This document shows positions 11,695 to 22,842 of a DNA stretch of 64,000 nt, piece by piece (position 1 is the stretch's first letter; the number at the start of each line of letters is the position of its first letter). Made by a program: the position numbers and the translations under genes. Origin of the DNA: Lobosporangium transversale (taxonomy: Eukaryota); assembly GCF_002105155.1 (NCBI RefSeq), contig NW_019029001.1:434001-498000 (forward strand), read 5' to 3'. Under the pieces are notes generated by a model. That model did no database searches. It was given only the letters and a program-made list of their open reading frames with translations, and was not told the origin of the DNA.

Positions 11695-14600
11695 AGCTTT
11701 CTTTTTCCGTTTCATTTATCTCTTTCCTTATTTGTTACCTTTTTACTTGTTTACACACATTTTTATTTATTCATCCCCTTATTTGCCCTTTTTTTCAAAC
11801 AAAGACCTTTTATTTATCAACAATGAAACCCCCATCCAATATCAACGTTCAAAGCACCGCAAGCTCCTCTACCACGACCACATCCTCCAATTCCTTTCTT
11901 GACACCGATGGTGATGTAAATATGGAAACTACAACCAATCAGCATTTTAATCTTGCAGGAATTGAACGATTCGATAGCAAGACGGATGTTTCATCCTGGT
12001 TACGCGCTATGGACGCTTTGTACAAAATTTCCAACGTCAATGATAACTTCTTTACAGTTCGTGTTGCTCTACATATGGAAAAGATCGCACGTGATTGGAG
12101 TCTTAGACACATTGACGATCTTGAGACTAAGAATATCCTCACTTGGAAAAAATTCGCTCAAGATTTTAAGGAACAATTTGCCAAGGCGGATGATGAGTTC
12201 GAGCTACGTTACAAGTACGACAATTTATCCATGAAACCGAACTCAGATGTTATGGAATTCGTCCGTGAGTTCGAGGCAGCATACTATCCACTTCGTGATA
12301 AAATTCCCGAAGGAGAAAAAGTATGGAACTTCCGTCGAGTCGCAGATTTATGGCTCCAGCGCAAGCTTCAGAAAGAGAACGCCACGACCTGGAATGAAGT
12401 CCTAGATGTTTGTCGCACAGAATCTCATAACTGGCACGCAAAGAGACTCTTAGACAAGGCATCAAGATCCAATGACAAACCTCATACTCCTCCTCCACAT
12501 CAAGCATCTTACAAAAATAATGACTTTGTCAGACATTCAGCCTCACATACCACTTATCATCGAAATAACTCTCATCAAAACAATTCTCATCAAAATAATT
12601 CACAACAACACCAAGACCGTCATCAAGACCGTCATCAAGACCATGACCATGTTGCGGAATCTACTATGGACATAGATTCCCTCAGAACAAGACGTCCACC
12701 TTGTCCTACTTGTGGCAGGCACGGCCATTCTGAGGTACAATGCTACAAAAACGGTGGCAATGGTCCCCGGTCATGCTATATCTGTGGCAAGACAGATCAC
12801 AAAGGGTACGCTTGCCCTACAAAGCCTGATAATAAGCCTGACAAATCTGCCCATGTTAATCAATTACAAGCTCATACCGTTGAGCCTATTACAATGACAG
12901 ATAAATCAGCACCACTAGAAGATCACATCAAAATGTTGCCTGAACAGATCTTCATCAAAACGAACGTCGGCTCAACTGAGCTGATTGCCCTTATCGACGG
13001 CGGATGCAATTGCAACGCGATCTCTACAACAGCGCTTAACAGGATCCGCGCATATGATCCTTCGCTCATAAAAAAAGAAACAAAACTCAATCGGCCAACA
13101 ATCGCCACTACAGCCAATCTTAGTAACGTAAAGTTGACAAGCTTAGTCACTCTCGTATTTACTATCGGCAACTTTACTCATGACGAGGAATTTTGCGTGG
13201 CTGATATCCTAAGTCAAGACATTTACCTTGGCCTGGTTTGGTTAAAGAAGTATAATCCAAATACTGATTATGTTCAAGGAACTTTGACTTGGACTGTGAA
13301 TGGAGCATCATACAAGGCTTCTTCCAAAGACTCATCCCTAAAGGTTCTTTCTTCGGAACCTCAAATGGATTCGTTGTGTACTCATCGAGCCATCCAGCGT
13401 GCTGTGTCAAATCAACAAGACCTGGGTTTGGTTTTTCTTCAAGATGAACAATCGACTCCGAAAATTTCTGCTCTTTCGTTAGCGGAAGTTATTAAAGACA
13501 ACAATATTGATCCTACACTACAGAAGCTTTTATACGAATATGAAAATTCTGTCTTCACTCCATTGTCGACTCTACCACCACAGAGACCTCAAGATCATCA
13601 CATTGATACAGTAGACGCACGCCCGATCTATAAGCGAGCCTACAAGATGTCCCCAAAAGAGTTGTTAGTTTTAAAGCAACAACTTGATGATTTACTTAAG
13701 AAAGGCTTTATCAGACCTTCCATTTCCCCGTGGGCATCCCCTGTTCTATTCGTGACCAAGAGCGATGGTTCCCTCCGGCTGTGTATTGATTATAGAGCTT
13801 TGAACTCAATCACAATCAAGAATAGGTACCCACTTCCCTTGATCGAAGAATTTTTCGATCGATTTACTGGTGCTACTGTTTTCTCCAAGCTAGACTTAGA
13901 AAGTGCTTTTAATCAAGTGCGTATTCACCCTGCAGACATTCCAAAAACTGCTTTCAATACAAGATATGGCCATTTCGAATACGTAGTCATGCCTTTTGGT
14001 CTCACAGGAGGACCTGCTACATGCCAGACTTTAACCAATGATGTCTTAAAGGAATTCTTGGACAAGTTCGTTGTTGTCTTTTTAGACGACATCCTTATTT
14101 TCTCTTCTTCTATGAAAGAGCATGTTCAACATCTCAAGCTGGTTCTAGAAGCTTTGAAATCGGCTTCCCTTCACGCAAAGCCCAGCAAGTGTACCTTTGG
14201 TGTATCTGAAGTCAAATTCTTGGGTCATGTCATATCCTCTCGAGGTATTGAAGTCGATCCAGACAAGGTTGCAGTCCTTAAAGATTGGCCCACTCCATCC
14301 AATGTTCAAGAATTACGCTCATTCTTAGGCTTCACAAATTACTACAGGCGATTTATACGCAACTTCGCCAAGATTGCAAGCCCCTTGACTGATTTATTAA
14401 AGCAAGAAGGACAAAACAATGCCAAAAAGAGACCTTTACCACAATGGACTCCTAGCCATCAAGCAGCCATGGACAAGTTGATTCAATTGCTTACCTCAAC
14501 ACCAGTTCTTTACCCCGGAGACTTTTCTAAGCCATTTTTTGTGGAAACTGATGCCTCTGACATTGCTACAGGAGCAGTTCTTTCACAAATGATCGATAAC

Positions 14601-16840
14601 CGTCTTCACCCGGTTGCTTTTGTGTCACACAAGCTCTCTAATTCTGAGAAAAATTTTCCAGTCCATGAAAAGGAACTATTGGCCATAGTCCGAGCATGTG
14701 GAGCATGGCGCTCTTACCTCTTAGGATCAGTAGTAACCGTCTTCACTGATCACGCTAGCCTACGCTTTTTATTTAATCAACCTCATCTGAGCGGTCGTAT
14801 GGCCAGATGGATTGAATTTTTGGCGCCCTACAATCTTGATATTCAATATCGTCGAGGTGTCGATAACTCAGCCGCAGATGCTTTGTCTCGTTTATCTACA
14901 CCAACAGTTGCCTCTCTTGCAACTACTTCATCTATAAAAGACTTTGCCGCTGATAATGTTGACTGGCCTTTATACATCTATGCCTATTTCAAGGATGGAT
15001 CCTTACCTGAAGATGATGAATCTGCTAAACTAGTAAGAGATGAAGCAATTCATTTCCAAGTCGATCACGATACTTTGTGTCGTATAACAGAACACGGCCC
15101 AGTCCCATTTGTTCCTTTCGTCAATCGAGCTGATACTCTATATATGTATCATGCTGGCTTTGGTCATCTTGGCCGAAACGGCTTATTCGATCTGGTTTCA
15201 ACTCGTGTATGGTGGCCAACCCTTCGTGCTGATATTATAACAATGGTCTCAGCTTGTCCTGAATGTCAGCTGTTAGCCCGTCAAGATGCCACTGTTGCAC
15301 CTCTACATCCTCTAGAGCCTACCTTGCCCTTTCAGCGCTGGGGAATGGACTTCATAGGAGCCCTACCGAAAACCAAGAATGGCAATCGTTGGATTATCAC
15401 CGCAATTGATTATGCTACCAACTGGCCCTTAGCCCGTGCTGTGCATGAAGCGACTGCATCGGCAGTTGCTGACTTTATTTATGAGGAAATTTTTATGCAG
15501 TTTGGATGTCCATCTGAAATTGTCACAGACCGTGGATCAAATTTCACGGCAGCGACCTTACAGCGATATATGAATCGGATGGGTACGAACCATCAACTAA
15601 CATCTGCATACCATCCCCGAGCCAACGGAAAGTGCGAACGATTTAACGGCTTATTAGGCACAATGATTAACAAGTTTGTCGGAAATCATCGTACAGCTTG
15701 GGACAGATACATTTTACAAGCCTTATTCGCATGTCGAGTTCGTATACACTCTATCACTAAAGTGTCACCTTTTAAACTGGTTTATGGTCTAGATCCAGTT
15801 ATCCCTGGAGATACTTCTCACCCTCATTTATTCGACTTCATAACGGAAGATGATTACTCAGCTTACAGACAACAACAGTTTGATCAGATTGATGAAATAC
15901 GTCGCAAGGCACATGGTCTACAACAGAAAGCAGCAGATCTTATGGCTTCTACCTATGACAAGCAGAATGAAATCGACGAAAATAAATTTCTTCCAGGTGA
16001 TGCTGTCCTTGTGAAGCACTTCGCTAAGAAGAAATTTGATCAAAGTTTTTATGGTCCCTTACGTATTGTTCGAGCAACGCCTCTACATACCTTTCAGCTT
16101 GCATGGCCTGACGGTACGATAAAAGCTGACTTAGTCCATCAAGATAGATTGAAGAAGGCTGTTCTAGTCGATAACGAGATGCCTAAGGCGCCTTGGTATA
16201 AACCAAAAAGCGCTTCTGATGAATTTTCTATGGATAATTCCATGGACGGATCACCCATTGAACTTGATCCAGTAACGGCACAAATTCAAGATGCTGCACG
16301 ACAACGTGTAGCTCAAGAGCAGTTCATCGCTGATCGTGATGCTGTAGCTCCTCCTTCTCCTATCATTCCTCCAGCAAATACTGCTGAGATTTATCAGAGA
16401 GAGCTACGGCGTTTATCCAGGCACTCCAGGAGTAGTGCCAATCCGAATGGAGGGGTGTCGTAAATGACGCCTATTCATTTACCTAAATATGTATTTCCTT
16501 TCAATTTATTTATTTCCTATCATCCTATTTTCTACCATTTTTAAATAGTATTTAAGTAGCTTTTTCCTTCACTGCAAAAACGGCATCTCTCTTCTTATTA
16601 TCGATGCCCTTTTGCAGGTGAGTTTATCTTCATTATTCTCATTATGAATTCTCAGAAAATTAGCAGTTATTAAAGATCTCTCTTCTTATTATCGATGCCC
16701 TTTTGCAGCATCCTCAAAATCATTCAAAGCATTACTTAGGATCACTATCGTATCCCAAAACCACGAGGCTCTTGCCCAATTCTTCATTTTTCATCATTAC
16801 CTACTAGTTTCCAGAGATCACTAGTAGATGCTCTACGACA
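11096..16840 (+). mobile_element. Full-length Ty3/gypsy LTR retrotransposon (family A)
   Basis: 385-bp TG..CA LTRs at 11096-11480 and 16456-16840, identical by eye; 4-bp TSD AAAG; PBS TGGTAGC at 11483 (iMet-type, as in Ty3); PPT GAATGGAGGGG. Confidence 0.97.
11823..16463 (+). CDS. Single-ORF Gag-Pol polyprotein (two zinc knuckles, PR, RT, RNase H, IN)
   Basis: CPTCGRHGHSEVQC and CYICGKTDHKGYAC; LIDGG; MPFGL and FLDD; TDAS; integrase H..H..CPEC, GMDF, TDRG and E; order PR-RT-RH-IN; no chromodomain seen. Confidence 0.96.
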   Translation: MKPPSNINVQSTASSSTTTTSSNSFLDTDGDVNMETTTNQHFNLAGIERFDSKTDVSSWLRAMDALYKISNVNDNFFTVRVALHMEKIARDWSLRHIDDLETKNILTWKKFAQDFKEQFAKADDEFELRYKYDNLSMKPNSDVMEFVREFEAAYYPLRDKIPEGEKVWNFRRVADLWLQRKLQKENATTWNEVLDVCRTESHNWHAKRLLDKASRSNDKPHTPPPHQASYKNNDFVRHSASHTTYHRNNSHQNNSHQNNSQQHQDRHQDRHQDHDHVAESTMDIDSLRTRRPPCPTCGRHGHSEVQCYKNGGNGPRSCYICGKTDHKGYACPTKPDNKPDKSAHVNQLQAHTVEPITMTDKSAPLEDHIKMLPEQIFIKTNVGSTELIALIDGGCNCNAISTTALNRIRAYDPSLIKKETKLNRPTIATTANLSNVKLTSLVTLVFTIGNFTHDEEFCVADILSQDIYLGLVWLKKYNPNTDYVQGTLTWTVNGASYKASSKDSSLKVLSSEPQMDSLCTHRAIQRAVSNQQDLGLVFLQDEQSTPKISALSLAEVIKDNNIDPTLQKLLYEYENSVFTPLSTLPPQRPQDHHIDTVDARPIYKRAYKMSPKELLVLKQQLDDLLKKGFIRPSISPWASPVLFVTKSDGSLRLCIDYRALNSITIKNRYPLPLIEEFFDRFTGATVFSKLDLESAFNQVRIHPADIPKTAFNTRYGHFEYVVMPFGLTGGPATCQTLTNDVLKEFLDKFVVVFLDDILIFSSSMKEHVQHLKLVLEALKSASLHAKPSKCTFGVSEVKFLGHVISSRGIEVDPDKVAVLKDWPTPSNVQELRSFLGFTNYYRRFIRNFAKIASPLTDLLKQEGQNNAKKRPLPQWTPSHQAAMDKLIQLLTSTPVLYPGDFSKPFFVETDASDIATGAVLSQMIDNRLHPVAFVSHKLSNSEKNFPVHEKELLAIVRACGAWRSYLLGSVVTVFTDHASLRFLFNQPHLSGRMARWIEFLAPYNLDIQYRRGVDNSAADALSRLSTPTVASLATTSSIKDFAADNVDWPLYIYAYFKDGSLPEDDESAKLVRDEAIHFQVDHDTLCRITEHGPVPFVPFVNRADTLYMYHAGFGHLGRNGLFDLVSTRVWWPTLRADIITMVSACPECQLLARQDATVAPLHPLEPTLPFQRWGMDFIGALPKTKNGNRWIITAIDYATNWPLARAVHEATASAVADFIYEEIFMQFGCPSEIVTDRGSNFTAATLQRYMNRMGTNHQLTSAYHPRANGKCERFNGLLGTMINKFVGNHRTAWDRYILQALFACRVRIHSITKVSPFKLVYGLDPVIPGDTSHPHLFDFITEDDYSAYRQQQFDQIDEIRRKAHGLQQKAADLMASTYDKQNEIDENKFLPGDAVLVKHFAKKKFDQSFYGPLRIVRATPLHTFQLAWPDGTIKADLVHQDRLKKAVLVDNEMPKAPWYKPKSASDEFSMDNSMDGSPIELDPVTAQIQDAARQRVAQEQFIADRDAVAPPSPIIPPANTAEIYQRELRRLSRHSRSSANPNGGVS

Positions 16841-16845
16841 AAAGC

Positions 16846-16959
16846 TGTCCTAAATCGAAGTAACTTAAGTTCATATCCTATAGCAAGTGACGTCATGGTA
16901 GGTAGAACCAGAGGTATACCTATAGTGGTACCCTCAAACCCACCCCGTCCTGCCTGGAC
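16846..16959 (+). mobile_element. 5' fragment of a second LTR family (B)
   Basis: Highly similar to 61431-61544 (TGTCCTAAATCGA..TGCCTGGAC); truncated at the SINE start. Confidence 0.8.
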
Positions 16960-16961
16960 CA

Positions 16962-17634
16962 AGCCCAATGGCTGAGTAGTATACTCGTCAGGGCACCCTC
17001 CTGTCTAGTCCAGGGGCCGGGTTCGAGTCCTGGTTAAGGCACATAAAGTGAAGCAAACATGTGCCAGGTCAGGGATTTGCTTGAGTTTTTATACTTTCTC
17101 TCCGAGACAGCCTAGTGTTCTCCGCTAAGGCTAAGATCGTGGGTGCACTACCCTAAGTCGCCTGGCTGGCCACATGTCTTAGGTTTATATTCCACCCCCC
17201 AGCCGAACCAGCGGTACATCTGGCAGCACATCCCCCCCATCCACCCACTTGACTAGGACAGCGATGATCACAAAGTTTGACGGAGTCCAAAGTAGAAATT
17301 TCAGACCAATCCCGCAAGATTTGGGTCCACATGCCAGTGGATTTGATCGAATAGAAAAAATTAAAAAGTCGTCCTTAGCTAGAGTCGGCACGCCAGCCTC
17401 CGCGGCTTTTCACGGGCGCAACAGGCCACATCGGAAGGATGGACTTCGAGTACCGATCACGGTGTACATTGGTAGAGAAAAACATGGATACGAATTGGCT
17501 CTTCACAGCCATCCCGTGCGAACTTTGAGAGTTTCGCTTGTTTCATAGTTGAGGGCGATATCATTACTTTATAGCGAGATTATGAAATAAAATTCCTCAC
17601 CTCTGTGGGTTCTTGTTAACACGAAAAAGAAAAA
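16962..17634 (+). mobile_element. tRNA-headed SINE, copy 1
   Basis: A box TGGCTGAGTAG (16969-16979), B box GTTCGAGTCC (17021-17030) within a T-arm hairpin, A-rich tail; near-identical inverted copy at 60469-61278. Confidence 0.85.
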
Positions 17635-17685
17635 TGGATTGAAAACACCGTGATGAGCCGTGGTATTTGAAGGACATACCGAGAG

Positions 17686-18250
17686 TTTATAGAGCTAACA
17701 TCTAAATAAACCCTATATGACGTCGTGGGTCCTTGTTATCAAAAAAAAATTAAAGCTCCAGGCTAACAACTGAAGATTGATCACGCTAGGGGACGTAACT
17801 GTGCTAGGAGGCACAGACGCAGCAGGGGTAGATCCTTTAGCTCTCATCAGGGACAACGGCGGGCAGCAGACGTGAAGGCGATCAGGACTGAGGCAAATCG
17901 AAGGGTAGCGGCAAGCTACCGACATTGGCGATGATGGAGCGCCTGGAAAGTTGCAAATTTTTGATGATTGAGGGTTGGAGCTAAAGGATGGCCTTTGCGT
18001 ACAACAGGCCAAGTAGGGAGTGGAGCCGTGCCACAGGCTCCCAGAGGACCAAGGAAGTCTACTCAATGCTGATGCGATTTATGAACAGGATGTTGTACTA
18101 TGGCAGTATGACGATGTGGCTACAGCCAATTATTAGTTACCAGTTTATTTGCGATCCCAGCAATGGAGCAATCCATTTAAAGAGCTAGCGTCTTGGTAAA
18201 TTCTACGTAACCTCGTGAATCCTCATTATCAGAAAAAAAAAAAAACAAAA
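17686..18250 (+). mobile_element. Two tandem LINE 3' fragments (17686-17749 and ~17755-18250)
   Basis: Both are homologous to the 3' end of the LINE at 34059-35800 and end in TTATC followed by an A-rich tail. Confidence 0.8.
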
Positions 18251-18455
18251 ATGGCAGATGAGAGATAAAAAGAAGTTTTGAATTTAGCCTTTATTCTTTT
18301 ATTACAACTGCAACTTCATAATGATTTGCATTTATGGAGAACTTATAGTTACATGCTTTGTCACGTGTAGGATCTGGGCTAAGTGAAATATGTTAGATAC
18401 GACACACTCGTTTTCACACAGGTTTCATCTCTTTCCAACTCTGTCTCCAGTATAA

Positions 18456-19355
18456 ATGTCACAACAGAACCCATTTCAAAGCACTAAGCAGGAGCACCAA
18501 AGCTCTTCTCATCCTTGTATCCATCGATATGAAACATATCCAGAATATGGGACAGCACCCCAAAGGCCCATTGCCGATCCAGAAATAGGGATGAGTTCAA
18601 CGTCTGCAAATAAAAGAGCAACAATGAAGGCGGCATCGGATACAGCTATAAATGTAACAACTATACCGATCGACTTTACTAAGTGTAACAACACATTTAG
18701 GTCTCCTCTATCTCCTGCGCCTCCATCTTCTCGACCTCCATCCTCCCCTCCTCTTGAGCCCCATGATCTTATTGGCGACAAGAATGATTCATGGTTCAAC
18801 CGGTCACGCCACAGGATCGGGCATATTATCGAAAGCAAAATGACCCACATCATAATCCTTACCCTAACGTCGATTGATATTATCCTAGTCATGCTTCAAA
18901 TTGGCGCCAGTTTACTTCATCTTGATGAGACTGAAAAGGAGCATTGGACCATATTAATGTTTGAACATACGTCACTTGCTATCGTCAGTCTCTTTGTAGT
19001 GGAAATCCTTCTCAAGCTGTATGCATTCGGTCCGTTGTACTTCTGGCGAGGAACCAAGCATGGAATCCTGCATCTACTTGATGCATTAATCATATTGACG
19101 TCATTCATCTTAGAATTAGTCCTCAGAGGCGCTGCAGTAGAACTCTCCGGTCTATTGATCATCTTTCGATTATGGAGAATTATTAAGCTCACAGGAACTG
19201 TAGCTATCGAAGTCTCAGAGCATGATGAGGCTCGATGCGCGTCATTAGAGGCGAGGATCCAACAGTTGGAAAGAGAATTGGAACAAGCACAATTGAAAAT
19301 TCAAAGGCTCGAGCGTTTGGATTCACATACCGAAAACAGCAATAAATCTCACTAA
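18456..19355 (+). CDS. HVCN1: Voltage-gated proton channel Hv1-like protein
   Basis: Four TM segments; S1 aspartate (SIDIILV); S2 FVVEILLK; S3 LLDALII; S4 FRLWRIIK; C-terminal coiled coil; no pore domain. Confidence 0.85.
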   Translation: MSQQNPFQSTKQEHQSSSHPCIHRYETYPEYGTAPQRPIADPEIGMSSTSANKRATMKAASDTAINVTTIPIDFTKCNNTFRSPLSPAPPSSRPPSSPPLEPHDLIGDKNDSWFNRSRHRIGHIIESKMTHIIILTLTSIDIILVMLQIGASLLHLDETEKEHWTILMFEHTSLAIVSLFVVEILLKLYAFGPLYFWRGTKHGILHLLDALIILTSFILELVLRGAAVELSGLLIIFRLWRIIKLTGTVAIEVSEHDEARCASLEARIQQLERELEQAQLKIQRLERLDSHTENSNKSH

Positions 19356-19608
19356 GGACAGGCTAATAAAGTTTAAATGTTTGTATTTTTATTCATTAAA
19401 CCAACCCTGTTCAAGTTAGATAACCAATCTTTTTTTGATCATGCTATATTTCACACGGCTTCGGCGATCCAAATGAAAACATGTCAAGAGTTAGGACATC
19501 TTGTTGTCTTTGATTAAAAAATAAAAAATAAAAAAATAGAGCACTTGTATGCGCTATTGCTATTTGGTAATTGAATGAAGAGATGATTTTTGATGTGCCT
19601 TGTTTTTA

Positions 19609-20319
19609 CTACTCTTTTGGTTTCATGAACGTCCGCTGTGTCTCGCTAGTTCCATTGCCACTACTATTGCCTCCATTCATTTTCTGACTGCCTTGATTAT
19701 TAGATTGTGGTGGCGCTCTCCTATTTGAAATGGGTTTCTTTGAAGTAGATGGTGACGTTGATGTTTTCAATTTCTTTGCCTTATTACCAAGTTGATTTGC
19801 CATATCTACATCATCAATCTCGTTGTGCCTCTCTCTCTTCAACTCACGATCTAGCCGCTGCTCCCTTGATTTCTTTAAGGCTGATCTCTATTTTTTTTTT
19901 TCATTTGTTAGCGACAAGAGATAGCATCAAAGCAAACTATGTTATGATTCCATCAGAAATGTAACACGAGCTTGCTCACCTCGACCTCCTCATTGAAATT
20001 TTGAAATGACACTCGCCCAATGCTTGATCGCTCAGTACTCTCCATCTGCAAAAAACTAGATTCGTACTCCACTTGGAATTTCCTTTCAGAAAAAAAATAA
20101 AATAAAATAAAATAAAATTCATAGTTAAATTGATTGCCTTCGATCTCAAAGCCCGTAGTTACACGAAGCAGTAGCATTAACATTAGATAATATACAAAAC
20201 ATACGGTTTAGGGAGCTCGATCTTATTTTCCAATACCCAATGGGCCTCAGTAATTACCCTGACTTGCTCCTGCTCCAGCTTTTCCCGTGTCTCTTTTTCC
20301 TGCTGTCTCTGCATAAACT

Positions 20320-20353
<34 letters not shown>

Positions 20354-20559
20354 CATAAAGCCAAGATAATCCAAGTATGTGAGTACATGGCTAATACTGA
20401 TAAAATTCATCCCGCTTTTATAGGTTATATTCTTGTCCTTGTCCTTGTCCTTGTCCTTGTCTATATATCTTGAATAGAACTTGATGAAAAATGTGTGCAT
20501 ACTTTCATAGTGAGCAGCTTGCCCGAAAGAGCTTTTTTATGAGGTATTTCAGCAGCCAT
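19609..20559 (-). CDS. MPP6: M-phase phosphoprotein 6 (exosome cofactor)-like, 4 exons
   Basis: The spliced product contains LSGKLLTMK|FMQR, GRVSFQNFNEEVE and EIDDVDMA. Confidence 0.7.
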
Positions 20560-20780
20560 GTTTTCTAAAAACCACAGCTAGCCAATGAGGGGGACGAAAG
20601 AGGAAGAAAGGTGATGAACTATGGACAATGAACACTTTTGAGAATGTCGCCGATTGTTTCTTTCATGGAGTTTGTATCGAAGCCACAAAATAAATAAATA
20701 AAAAAAAAAAAGTGCCAGACTAGACTACACACCTGGGCAGCAATGAACAAACAGACTCCTTCAACAATTTAAAAAGCAGC

Positions 20781-22336
20781 ATGGAAGAAAACCGAGGACA
20801 CAAGGCTAGTAGCATAGCAAACACGTCTCTTGTTGAGTCTTGTGAGAATGATAAGAATGGTGTTTGCTTCAACGCACAAAGCTTATTTTTTTTTCCTTCC
20901 TTTCTTCCTTTCAGCGCAGGAAAACTTACGAGAATAAACAACGGTCAGGACCTGACTTTGAAGCCAGCAACAGACGGACCAATAGCATAGAAAGCGATGA
21001 CATTACCATTAGTAGCAAGCATGGAGACGATTTGCACCAAAAGTCAAAAAATTTATCATTACAACAACTTCAACATGCTGCTCATTTAGCATATCAATTC
21101 CCTATTCCTATGAAGGGTCGTCCCTGGACAGTCTCAATTGCTTTGCCAGGAAGTATTCTCGATGGATCGCTGACCGTGGAACTTAAAACATACCTCGTTG
21201 GTCAGGTGGGCACCATGTGTGTTGTTCATTAATGGCCTTTTTTTCGGAAAACGGATTTGTAGACCACGAAACTGATCAGGGATTTCTTTCCCCTCTTTCC
21301 CCTCTTATGTTTCAAAAGATTGCAAGAGCATGTGTGCTATTCAACGTAGATGAGATTGTCATCTATAATGAGTCTGCAAAAGGCCTGTCCAAGGAAGGAG
21401 CAATTGGCAAAGACGACTACTTACCTAAATCTGATCCAAATCTCTTTATGGGACGGGTTCTTCAGTATCTTGAAACACCACTCTACCTCCGGAAATTACT
21501 CTTCCCTATGCACAGAGATCTGAAATTCGCAGGACTGTTGAACCCATTAGATCCACCCCATCATGTTCACCAAGATGAACGTTCCTTATTTAGAGAAGGG
21601 GTAGTTATTCGAGCCAGGGATCAAAAGTACTCAATCGTCAACTGTGGCATGCGGAAAGAAGTTTTGATTGATCGATTGGTCCCCACCGGCTCCAGAGTTA
21701 CAGTTCGGATCCATGGTGCAGAAAAGGATAAGAAAAAGATGGACAAACACTCAAAAACTGCAGCAGCAATTGCTGCCATGGAGGCTAGTCTGCTAGAAGG
21801 ATCAGATGACAATAAGGCGGCACTACAAAAGTACTTTATGGGCACTGTGGTATCGCCAAAGACCCCGAGGGAAGAGACAGGGTACTACTGGGGATACCAA
21901 GTCCGATTGGCAGATTCTATTTCCAAGGTCTTCACAGAATCACCTTTTCCTGTAAGTCAATGTTATGTCATATTTGAAGGAAAACACAAAAATGCTTCTT
22001 TTTTATTAACTGATACAGTTGACTCCTTAACTACAACAGAATGGATACGACTTGACCATCGGTACATCGGATAAGGGTACACCTATTTCTTCAGAAACGG
22101 CTTCAAGTATCTCCAACTTTTCACATGCGTTGGTTGTCTTTGGAGGCGCAACAGGCATTGAGACTGCAGTTGAGGCGGACGAAGACCTGAAATGTGATGC
22201 GGACGAAGCAAAAGACATGTTTGACTTCTGGCTCAACACATGCCCATCCCAAGGAAGCCGAGTCATTAGGACAGAAGAAGCAATTTTGATCACCATGGCT
22301 ACTCTGCAGGGTACCCTAGCATCCAAAGGGGTCTGA
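20781..22336 (+). CDS. SPOUT1: SPOUT RNA methyltransferase (SPOUT1/C9orf114 family), multi-exon
   Basis: TVSIALPGSIL, ARACVLFNVDEIV, LQYLETPLYLRK, GLLNPLDPPHH, YWGYQVR, NTCPSQGSRVIRTEEA. Confidence 0.88.
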
Positions 22337-22453
22337 TGTCTACCATTGCTACATTAATACACTAATAAAATTCAGATAATGCCTTAATTTTATTCTTTTC
22401 ATTACGGTGATCCTCTTACAAAAAGATAAATTTCTATGACATACAGCATTTTT

Positions 22454-22811
22454 CTATGCCAAAAAGACATTTTTATCCTTGTTACGCTGATGGCTGGCTT
22501 TGTTCTCTAACCGTAGAGAATCATCTTCTCCCTCCAAGATTGCCACTATCATTTGGAGCCAACGTCCTTCTCTCTCAGTCGTGCCCTTTTCTGGCTCGTC
22601 AATCCGCTTTCGCAGAATCTTTTCCTGTTCGAACGATTGCAGAAGAAAAATGGTTAGATAAGTATTTCCTACGTTTAAGATATATAATTCGATAAGCTTT
22701 TGCCGACTTTACCAATTCTTCACGCATCATCTTGAAGACAACTGCAGTCTTTGCATGACATTTGAACTGAATCCATTTGTCAACTGTCACCAGTTTAGCG
22801 TGGTGCTGTCG

Positions 22812-22842
<31 letters not shown>

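Noticed and set aside
16962..17040. Possible functional tRNA
   Set aside because: Poor acceptor and D stems; it is the head of a TSD-flanked repeat
17385..17470. AGCC-TCCGC-GGCT hairpin reminiscent of HDV-like ribozyme P3/L3
   Set aside because: I could not find P1/P2 pairings in the required order
17249..17548. 99-aa ORF, repeated at 60568-61068
   Set aside because: It lies in the SINE body, has a non-ATG start and shows no recognisable domain; the identity reflects repeat copies
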